Shown piece by piece: positions 1 through 10,999 of a stretch of 64,000 nt of DNA (the first letter of the stretch is position 1; each line of letters starts with the position of its first letter). Both the position numbers and the translations under genes were made by a program. The DNA lies in NCBI GenBank assembly GCA_023213395.1, contig CM041465.1:107453741-107517740 (forward strand), given 5' to 3'. A model generated the notes under the pieces. That model had not been told where the DNA came from, searched no databases, and was given only the letters and a program-made list of their open reading frames with translations. This DNA is from Cycas panzhihuaensis. Lineage: Eukaryota; Plantae; Cycadophyta.

Positions 1-386
1 GTACTTTGTACTAGGAATTTTAATTATATTTTTTAAGAAAACACTGAGAGAAGGCTCTAAACCTGCGCGCCTATATTTTTGCCTGAAACTGGATCAAAAC
101 AGCTCTGATTAATGTCAATGCAAAAGAGAAAGATATAGAGGAGGCCCCAATCTATGATCTAGGTGAGTTTTGTCGAATTCTAATAACTTTAATTTTTGGC
201 ATTCGTACAAGGTTATACAAGTCTATACTGTCATACAAATCCATATGATTCTTCTTTCAAATTCACTTCATCAGTTTTTGTTCATACAACAGAATCTTGT
301 AATAATAATTTGTCTCTAGTATTCTTATTCTCCTTTTAATGAGGCCCTAATTTTGTTCTTCACAGGTAGGGTGACCTAGGAGCCTA

Positions 387-564
387 CTCTGATACCATGT
401 AACAAAACCTTGATGAAGAATGAATTTACTCTCTCTGTCTTCTTTATTGATGATTCATTGCATATATATATAAGTACAAGGTGGGTACACATGGCAACCA
501 CTCAACAACATGATGCCACTTGTCAACTTAAGAAACGAGGAGGAAGAGGTATCATACCCTTACA
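387..564 (-). mobile_element. tRNA-iMet PBS plus candidate short 5' LTR of an LTR retrotransposon that runs off the left edge
   Basis: ctctgatacca at 387-397 (minus strand TGGTATCAGAG) abuts TGTAA at 398. The matching inverted end TTACA is at 560-564, with a TATA-like run inside. The partner LTR is not in the window. Confidence 0.45.
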
Positions 565-599
565 TTAAATATTATGACCTAAGGTAAAATATTACCTTT

Positions 600-2445
600 T
601 ATAGTTTTTAGTGACCTCCCATAGGCGTGCTTCCACTAGAAACTATACTAGGGATCTTCCACTAAGGAAAGTCATAGCACCCCTTCGATCTTTCCTAGCA
701 TTAACCTTTTCCTTCTTCCCTTCATACCTTTTCTCTTGCCAGGGAACCTTATCTTGTCATCACCTAAGTTACCTCACTTTTCTTGGGTTCCTTGGGTAGG
801 ACATGAATGCAGTATTTTTCCCATTGCTTACATGGCCTATCCCCTATAATAAAGGATCCCCTTTATTCTTTCATCCCCTCATCAGATTCTGAATTGATGA
901 TGAAGGGATATCCTTCAGAATGGGCATATCATGCCTACACTTAAAACTAAACTTGTCATCCTCTTCAAGATCCTACCCAAGAGGGCTAGGATCCCATTTT
1001 CTACCCACATGGCTAAGGACATCCTGATTTCCATTTGTTTCCTATGCACGACATAGGCAGATCCTCCTCTATGGAGTACTTTCACCCTGGTGAAAGTTCC
1101 CATGGGTCCTACCTCACATGAGGAGCCATCTACCTCATACAAGTAGGTTGGGACCCTTCCCACAAACATAGTCAAGACATTATAATAATGCTTTAGAGTT
1201 GCAAGCACCCAACCACCTCGAAAATGGTTGGATGGCCTCCTTCGTAATATTGCTTCATCATCTTTCATTCTATGCCTCATGTCTCATCTCAACCAGCATC
1301 CATGTCAATAATAGGGCTCATTCCTATTATCCCCTCATCTTCGGGCATCCCTTATAGCCAAGGGATACTCTAAGGCATGCCTATATCTCAAATTGGGTTA
1401 AGCATGCCCCTCCTAAATCAAATGACCATGTCATAACCTTTTGTGGTTTATACTCCCTTTATGAAGTCGAGGATAACCTCACATCCTCATCCTTTAGATC
1501 ATGTGGGATTCGTCCTTGTGCACCCTTGTCCACAACTTGTGGACTCTTCCCTTTATATACCCCTAGAGTATATGTCTTAACTATGGGGGCATGGAGAGAC
1601 AAACCCTCTCCAAATCTATGGGGTGGATTCACTACACCCTTATGGAGTTGCACCTCTCGTGGGTGGCCCATATAGGAAAAACCCCATACCTCATCCTTTT
1701 CTCTCATCTTCGTATACGACTCTATATGCAATGCCTTCCCAAGGAGGATCTGTTCCCCCTTGTATCCTATGCTTCCATGCGCCTCCCTCACATGATCGTC
1801 CCACCCACCTTCTTCTTATCCAGCCTACCCGCACATGGGAATGGCCCCTTCCTACCAAGCAAGTAGGAATCAATGCCCTTCATGCACCTAACATCCTCAA
1901 GGAGGAGTTGGATATCCATATCTACCTCTTCCCTTGCCCCTAGTTGACCCTTTATCTCAACTAGGGATTTATACTTTTGTTGACTATAGGCCAACCCCAC
2001 TTTCAATTGAGGCTCTCAGGACCAACCTGTCACCTTACCCTCCCAAGGTGCTTAAATTTGATGACACCTCATTACAAGTCAGGGGCTTTGCTATGGCATG
2101 CATAGACTATTGGGCCTATGATCACATCCTTATGAAGTTGTTTCCATATTTTTTACAATGAGATGCCCTAAAGTAGTTCTATCATCTCCCTGCTCTTTTC
2201 ATTCATTCCTTTTAATAACTTGTGGATGGGTTCGTCAACTATTTTGATATGGCTCACCCCTTTAAGAGTGGGGTTAAATCCCTATGCTCTCTTAAGTAGG
2301 GTCACGATGAAATAAATCATGACTTTGTCAGGTGATTTCATGACCTTCTCCACTGTACGAAGGCTACACTGCTTGAAGAGTTGAAGAGGGATATCTTTAT
2401 GAATGTGCTTCAACTTGAAATCCATGTTGAAGTCTATGTATTACT
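600..2445 (+). mobile_element. Degenerate Ty3/gypsy gag region: Pro-rich N-terminal part followed by a retrotransposon Gag domain remnant
   Basis: ORF 1934-2161 and its read-through give ...LMKLFPYFLQ*DALK*FYHLPA...SLK*G..., matching the Retrotrans_gag pattern (LFPxSLxGxAxxWFxxLP...LxQG). The left boundary is approximate. Confidence 0.55.
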
Positions 2446-2447
2446 TG

Positions 2448-5400
2448 CTAATGTTTTACCTTAGGCTCATGCATGAATTTAGAAACCACAGTGACTGCAT
2501 ACATTATATCTGGTTGAGTTAAAGTCAAGTAAATTAGATTCCCAATCAATTGCCTAAAGAGTGTATGATCAACTAATTCTAATTTCTTAAACTTAGACAA
2601 TTTTAACCTAACTTCTACTGGAGTTGTAAGTGACTTATAACTACTAATGTTAAATTCATATACTAGGTCCAATATGTATTTTCTTTAGGAGATAAATATT
2701 CCCTTTTCATCTTGCTAAAATTTTATGCTTAAGAAGCAATATATTAGTCCTAAGTTTATCATTTTAAATTTCTTGCATATATCTTTCTTAAATCTTTTAG
2801 AAAAGTGATCATTATTCTCAGTGTATACCATGTCATAAACATATAAGGCCATAATTAGTATGAAGTTTTATTTCAATTTGATGTATAAATTGGGATTAGA
2901 TTGACTTCGTTAAAATCCTTTATCCTTAAAATATTTGTTAATCCTAGAGCACCATTCTTTAGGTGCTTACTTAAGTCCATACTAGGTCTTTTTAAGTTTA
3001 TAGAACTTATTTTCTTCTCCTTTCACTTCAAACCCTTTAGGTTGTTGGATATATATTTCTTCATCTATATAGCCATTTAAAAAGGTACTTTTTATATCCA
3101 TTTGATGTATTATCCAACCTTACTATGCAACTAAGGCCATTATTAATCTAATTATTTCTAGCCTTGTAACTAGTGTAAATATCTCATTATAATCTATGCC
3201 CTCAATTTGAGCATATCCCTTAGCAACTAGCATTGCATTATAATTGTCAATAGACCAATTTGGTTTATATTTGGTCTTATAAACCCATTTAGTTCTAATA
3301 CAATTTTTATTAGGTGGTAGATCCACTAAGTCCTATATGTCATTTTTCACTAAGATATTGCATTCATCTTTCATTACTTTCTTCCATTCATCTTGAGTGT
3401 TAGCCTCTTCAAAGTTGTGAGGCTTATTAAACTTCATAACTTAAGTCATCAATATAAAATTTACTTTTTGGGATCTTGTAGTCCTCTCAAAGTTATTTTC
3501 CAAAATATTTGAAAGGTTGTAAGCCCTTTATACCCATTTAGGGACATTTTGATTTGAAATAGAGGGTCCTACTTCATTTGTATCAGGTACATTTATATCG
3601 TTAATATTTGATTCCACCTCAACCATGATATTTTTCCCTTTACCTTTTTCAATCACTTCTTTTTTATAAAATCCATCTTCTTTAAATATAATATCTATAC
3701 TTATACTTATCTTTTTACCTTTTAAATAATAAAATTTATAAGATTTAGAAGAGTCACTATATCTTATAAAGATACATTTGATACTCTTGTCATCTAGCTT
3801 TATTCTTCTTTGATCTAAGACATGCGTATAAGCTATGCACCCAAAAATCCTTAAGTATTTGATGTTTGACCTATAACCTATCTAAGATTCTTCTATTATA
3901 ACCCACCTAATTACTTTAGCAGTACACTTGTTTAATACATAGACATTTGTATGTATAACTTCAACCTAATATTCACTTCCTAAATACTTGTCTTTAAGCA
4001 TACTCCTTACTATTTCAATAATTATTATATTCTTCTTTTTAGAAACACTATTTTGTTGTGAGGTGCAAGGATTTTTGATCTATTTTCTTATGCCACAATA
4101 CCTGCAATAACCCTTGAATTCATTCAAGATAAATTTTCTCCTATTATCTAATCTTAGGGTCAAAATTCTAAGTCTATTTTGCCTTTCCACCATAATTTTG
4201 AAGTCCCATGAAATATTGTAGATCATCTAACCTAAATTTGATGAAGTAGACCTGTGCCATCCTTGTGAAGTCATTAATAAATATCATAAAAAACTTAGCA
4301 TTTCTAAGTGAGGGCATATCCATTGGCCCATATAAATCTATGTATATCAATTAAAGGGGCCCATTGGCCTTATAACTTTTATTAGGAAATCTTTCACTTT
4401 ATTGCTTTCTAAGTATACATTCTTTATATAGTTTTTTGCTAGGTTCAATAGTAGGTAATCTAATTACCATATCCATTCTCTTCTTTAAGGCCAAACTATT
4501 ATAGTTTATATGGCAAAGTCTTTTGTGCCATATTTCACTATCTATATTTATTAATGCATTTAAGGTATAATAGTTTATTAGAGGTATGACTAACTTAAAT
4601 AACTTATTACTAATCATCTATCCTTTGGCCACAATTGCTTTGATTCTTAATTTATCTTTGATAGTACATTCCCCATTATCAAAGATCATTTTATATTTCT
4701 ATTCCATCATCAAACCCACTAAGAGTAAGTTCTTCTTAAGGGTTGGAATATGTATTATATTATTTATGCATTTAGTTTCTCCAAAATCATTCTATATGGA
4801 GACATTTCCTTTTCCAATAGCTGCTCGAGTGGTGTTATCACTAAATATTATTTTATTTTTCTTAGTGTTATCTAACTCTTTAAATCACTTTTCCTTATAA
4901 GTTTGTGTGGAACATCCTGAGTTTATATACTAACTATTTTCTTCCTCATTAGTTATTAAACTTAAAATAAGTAAGCTATCATCATGTCTTTCCTTAATAA
5001 TTATGTTAGCAGTTCCCCTTTATGAACTTAACCCTTTTGCAAAGTAATTTACTTATAAGTGACCATTTCTATGGTAGTAGAAAAATTAGATTGTTCCTCT
5101 ACCCCTTAGACTTCTATTAGTTTGTCATTGGTTTCTTCCCCAAGGACTTTGACCTCTTCCTCTTCCTTAAGGTCCATGATTTTGGCCATGACCTTAGCCT
5201 TGATAATACCTTTGACCTTGGAATTGATTATACCCTTAATAGAATTGATTTAGGCATTGTCCTTAATTGTTACCTTGACCTTATGCTTGATAGCCTTAAC
5301 CTTAATGATATCCTTGTTTTTTATAGCTTTTCCTTTGAAATTGATTTCTAAGTTGATCTTTACCTCTAGGGAATTGACCTCTACCCCTTGAACTTTATCC

Positions 5401-6050
5401 TTGGTAAGTAGGTTAAATTTTTACCTTAGTAGCAAAAACATGCTCAAGGGACTTGCTTTCTCCTTTCTACTTTTCTATAACTAGTAGCATGGCACTTAAC
5501 TGATCTATCTTAAGGTTGCTAAGGTCCTTAGAGATCTCAATGTTAGTGGCCACCATCTCAAAGTATTTGATATTGCTTACACACCTTAAGATTTTCTCAA
5601 TTACTCTTTGTTCATTAATTACCTCTCCTATGTCCCTTATTTGGTTGACTAGGACTTAAATATTTGTAATGAAGTCATGAACTCTTTTATTAGTATTCAT
5701 CCTTAGGTTTTTAAATTTGCTTCTTAAAGTCTAAAATTTTGATGTTGTTGCTCTTTCATATGTAGTCTTGAATGTGTCACGTCTCCTTTGATGTTATTGT
5801 TTCACTAACCCTTGGAAATATATGATCCTCCAAAGTAGAAAAGATGAATGAAGGTGCCTTGGTGTCTCTCTTTTTGTTCTCCTTGAAGCTTTTCTTCTCA
5901 TCTTTTGTGGAATTTTTGGTAAGTGATTTATATCCTATTTCAATAAGATACCATATATCTTTAGCAATAAAATTAGTTTCATATATCTACTTTAATTTAA
6001 AAAAACTGTACCATCAAACTTGGGCACCATAATATCACCAATATTTGATG
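2448..6050 (-). mobile_element. Degenerate Ty1/copia internal region (gag, zinc knuckle, PR, GAG-pre-INT, INT, RT), truncated at the 3' end
   Basis: Minus-strand fragments in Copia order: RT C-terminus FRQLIGNLIYLTLTQPDIMYAV (2448-2672), RT N-terminus KWVYKTK...LVAKGYAQIEGIDYNEIF (3123-3326), GAG-pre-integrase IWHKRLCHINY (4399-4617), protease-like YINSGCS (~4910), decayed zinc knuckle (~5045-5090). Many stop codons. Confidence 0.9.
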
Positions 6051-8272
6051 TCATAATTAAAAAATTATCTTAAAAAATGATAGTATAAAAAGTAAAAGGT
6101 CTTGCAAAAAAGTATTAATAAATCACTAGAAATAAGTAATAAAAAGAGACACTCAAAGGCAATTAAGACTTGTCTCACTTCAACTTTGGGACTTAGACAA
6201 ATATCTCAATTAGCACTCAATCACCTCAAAAGCAAACTTTTATATTAATGCAAATTTACAAATTAAAATTTAGCTAGTTTGTATAAGGGACATCATATAG
6301 GAAGCCTACAACTAATGCTAATTTTGAGTATAAAAATTTGTACTAGATGAATTCAAAAAATTTTGAAGTTTTATCCACTCAGTAAAGGACAGAAAAATAA
6401 ATTGAACACTCTAGATAGAACTTAATTCCAACATAAGATGGCCAATATATACATTAAAAAGTCTAAAGAAAAATTATCCTTTTAACATATAAGGGTCAAA
6501 GAAATTTTATATCAAATTGAACCATTAAAAAGTACATCAATTAAAAATGAAATATGTTTATGTAACCACTCATTTCGTTTGGATAAAAATGTACTTTATT
6601 TTTAAGTTGACATAACTAAATTCTAACTTAGTTAGTGACAATTATGGCTATTGGACCAGAGATAGGTTCTTATTTTGAAACTACTTCTTTCAAAGTGACT
6701 TAGCCCCCTTTGAGAAAAATGATTCTTAGTTACTTGACTACTACATGTGACTTGCTGGGTATAAGATAGGAGTGCTATGGAATAGCAAAAAGATTTTGAA
6801 TACAATGATTACCTAACCAATAAATGTTTATGTATTAATATCAAATGCGATGAGTATACTATAAAGCATCCATAGACAATTATGTAACAATATTTCTTAG
6901 ATCACATAGATAAATAAAGATTTTGAAGATAAGAGTTTTAATTTGCTATATCTAAATTACATTAAAAAACTAGACTCTCAACTTTCAAACTTAGAGTCAA
7001 ACCCCAAAAAACTGCATGATAATAATGAAGTGTAAAGCCAGTATTCTTCACAATGATGGAGGTCATAAAGCAATCAAATCTTCATAATGTTTCAATAGAG
7101 GTTAACATACATCATGTGAATATACATATAGGCAAACCAACAAAAGGTCATGTAGGCCAATAAATATCCAATTAAGCTTTAAGAGGTTAGATAGAGGAAG
7201 ATAAGGGTGGCGTTTGCAATCCTATTGATGATATCAAAAAATACGATATTCTCCTATTGAGTCACAACATTAGAAAAAAAAAAAGAGAGACGTAAATATT
7301 AAATATTTATAATAGATTTGTACACAGGTTCATAAGGAAATAAAGGATGCAAAAAGGACCAAGTTATTATTATGAAAGATCTATAATATTTGTTTGACCA
7401 TCACTAGTTAAAGAGGAAAAAAAAAAGCATTTGAATAGTAGCTAGTAAAAATGTAAATAAAGAAGGATTGTGTTAATACATTACACAGGGATACTACAAA
7501 TTGTAGCTCAAAAAATAAAAGTATAGTGTCATCGACTTTATAAAAGGATGCAAATATCAAAAGGATTATGTTGAGGTTGCATGCATACAAATGAAGAGAG
7601 GTGAGAATGGAAATATGCATAATGATGTTGTTGTCATGGTGGGGAGAAGTAATAGTAGTCTATTCCTTTTAATGGTTAGTTGTGAGACCTTCATATTATT
7701 GTTGTAGCACTCAAGAAAGATATAGACAATAAATGTGGATATTAAGAGGTAGACTTATGGTTGTTTAAGGGTCTTCTCTTTTCCTTTTAGTCATACGTCT
7801 TATGCGAGAGCCAAGATGCCAATAGACAAGGTGCAGCTTGTTGGGTATAAACCTTTACATAAATAACGTAATACATAATGTATACATAATATTAATACAA
7901 ATTCCACAAAAAACTTGATGGAGAAATAGAACAACACTGAAATATAGTCAAATAGACTTATAAAGACTTAACGTAAAAATACACTTCACTTCAAATTAGT
8001 ACAATGGGTGATACATATTGTTTGAGGTCAGATATGCTATGGGTGTAGCGTAAAAACTTCAGATAAGAGCAAGAGGACCAAAAAATAAATGCAAATAACT
8101 AAGTGATACAGTACTTCACAAACTCCACCATAGTTTTGGTAGTAATGCTTGTAACAAACTCATTGCAGAGTCCTCCATAACTTTGACTAACACTCCTCGA
8201 TAATTTATCTAATTTTGCTTTGAATGATAGCTTCTGCAATTAGGGGAGATGGATTTAAATGCTTAAATGGAA

Positions 8273-8290
8273 CTCTGATACCAAATGATG
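8273..8290 (-). mobile_element. tRNA-iMet PBS and LTR boundary of another decayed LTR retrotransposon
   Basis: ctctgatacca at 8273-8283 followed by aa and TG at 8286. Element extent not resolved. Confidence 0.45.
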
Positions 8291-9479
8291 GAATCAGAAG
8301 ATAAAGGGAATATAATGAGAATATAGAAAAATTTAACCATCTATCTGTAAGAATGGTGGTGTTGATGAATACTAGAGTCTTTAGACCCCATGAAGAAATA
8401 AGCAGGACTTGAGCAGGATGTGGCTAACCACATAAAGTCTACTATCGACTTGCGTTGATAAATACCAGATAAGCTCTTGCCAAAATCTAATAAAGTGTGA
8501 CTAGGATTTGACATAGTGCTACCATAATATCTCTACTAATCTTAGGTTGTCACCCTAATGTAGGTAATAAATCCAAGGTGGATATAAGTCCTAATAAGGG
8601 CATTATTCCAATAGAGAAGAGGCGTTGAGTAATCATTGAGTGGAAAACCCACATCTAAGATGAAAAGATAGTTATATACACACGCGTGAGGAGACATTAT
8701 TTGGTCTATGATAAGAGCATTATATTATTGAATATTTATGCCCTATGCCCTTTCATAAGTCACAGTTGATAAATAAATTATAATGCTTCTTATAATTCTT
8801 GAATTTTAGATGAAATATTTTAATGTCTCTATTTTGAATTAGTGGTAAATGGTGGAATAGAAAATGGAAAATACTAAGAATGCTCGCAAGATTTGCTAAT
8901 GGAGCCAATAATTTAAAATGACAATAATACTATAATATATAACATATTAATGGCATATTACATATGGTAAAGACAGGTCAATAACTAAGTGGATTAGAGT
9001 AAATTGTATAATAGAGTGAACAAAGGAAACTTGCAATCCTAAATTAAGACTTGAATTAAAATAAATGAAATGACAAGTTGAGCAAACATAGTCAAGGCCA
9101 AGGGTGGCAAAACATAATGATGACATGCATTAAATATATTGGTCCCTAAATATCATTCATGACAAATTAGGTGGGTAAGAGAGGAGGGCCAAGACAAAAT
9201 AATGTTATCACAAACATATGATTCTCACTATTATAACACTTGTCATGAAGTAAAGAAGCCAAGTAGTAAACTACTAATTACAAGTGTGCATCATATTAGA
9301 CACTCTTCTAGAAGGGTCATCTTCAAGGACCATTTGAGAGTGGACCTCTCCAAGAAACCCATAAAGTGATTAACGACATAAACTATAATATATTTTATCA
9401 AATATATTATAATCTAGATGTTAAATATGAGTCATATATAAACAAAAATGTACAATTATTTGTAATCCAAACCAGATAT

Positions 9480-10400
9480 TACTTTTAGGAACACTAAAAT
9501 GCATGAAATAGGTTGTATTATTTGGGTGATTCGCGTTTATATCGCTCCAAAAGATCAAACCCAAGCAATCCGTCGGCGAGTGTCTACGGATACACGTTCA
9601 ATGCGACTTCCAATGGCGATCACGACGGGTCGACCGTCGCAACGCGACACATCGCACCGTGTTACGACCCAAACAGACAGAAACGAGATTTGACACGATA
9701 AACGCGGTTCTGTATTTCGTAGAAGCTCCGTGCCTGGCGTGTACCGCCCCCTTTCTCGTCTCAGTAGTCTGTCGGTGCGGCGACAGGGTGGGGGCGTCAC
9801 GCGGGCAGACAGAGGCTCGGTAGGTACGCGTGACGGTGTGTCCTGCGTTCTCCCAATAAAGCAGACCCTTCGTACTCATCAAACCGCATTACTTAAATAC
9901 ATTTCTGGGTGGCCGAAATTTGACCTGCTTACGTCCAAATTTCCCCGTCAATTATCGAGTCTCTGGACGCGTCCGGACGACGTGGATCTCATCGTGGCAA
10001 ATAAGCTGTCGCGCATACACATATTCCTGAAAGCAAAGTCGTAGACGCAAAGCCAGTCTGGGCCGAATCATTGAATGGAAAAATTAGGACGGTCTGTCGT
10101 TATACTGTGTATCGGTGGACCTGATTTCCTGCAGGTCTTGAGATTATAAAATAGCTGTAACCCATTGCAATTATATTCCGAGTAGCGAAGACCGCCTGCC
10201 TTTCATTCGAAGAAATCTGAGTCACGTTGAAAACTTAGATTATATGGCCTGTGAGCGGATTTATATAGCGTCACCGCCAGTGTTTTCGTCGGCGTCATTT
10301 CGGGATAGAAACTAACATAGCGTGTTGTATGGATTCCAGTGGTGATCCGTGTATGATTTCTGTCAGGATTTAATAATGGATGTAGCTCTAAATTTCTGTA
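9480..10400. promoter_or_regulatory. Isolated GC/CpG-rich non-coding island, candidate unmethylated regulatory region
   Basis: Dense CG dinucleotides in a CG-depleted landscape and no recognisable protein in any frame. Contains ACGCGG/ACGCGT boxes, TTGACC, GACGTGG, TGAGTCACGT and TGTCGG. Confidence 0.45.
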
Positions 10401-10999
10401 ACTTTCAGGACCATTTGCGATCTTTGTTTCTTTGGAGATTCTTTTATTATTGATTTGGTAAGAAATTGATTGGTTGTAAGCTAAAGTAGCATTATGTACT
10501 ACAAGTCGTTGGAAATGTGATTTCATGAAAGAACTTTAAAACAACTCCGTGGTCGTGTACTGCATGAGTGTCATGCATATTTTGTCATAATAAAATTTGT
10601 TGTGATAGAAAAAATAATTGCATTACTGCTATGTACTTTTGTTATAAGGTTGTTATGGGAGAGGGAAAAAAAAAACAACAGCGTGTAACAAAATTCATTC
10701 TAAGAAAGCTAGCATACAAGATTTACATAATGACGTGTTTTGCATCAACCATCCAAAATTGCATTAGATGAAATTGCATTGTAATATGATGTGAGATGGT
10801 AATGTTGACCATCAATTTATTCTAAAGTAGATCAACTTAGTTATGGGGTAAACAACATGTTGTTTAATATATATTTTAAAGATGTTTGATTAATTGTCAT
10901 AAAGTCATGACTTATCCATAAAAACATTGATTGTATTGAGAATGTAATGTTGTTTAGTGGTTACATTATGGTAAAATTATTAGAGTTATTCTATCAAGT

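Noticed and set aside
9644-9654. CACATCG resembling the plant snRNA upstream element RTCCCACATCG
   Set aside because: Only a partial match, with no correctly spaced TATA box and no recognisable snRNA downstream.
9499-10526. Short ORFs in the CpG-rich island as genes
   Set aside because: They overlap on both strands, several have non-ATG starts, and none shows a protein motif or exon structure.
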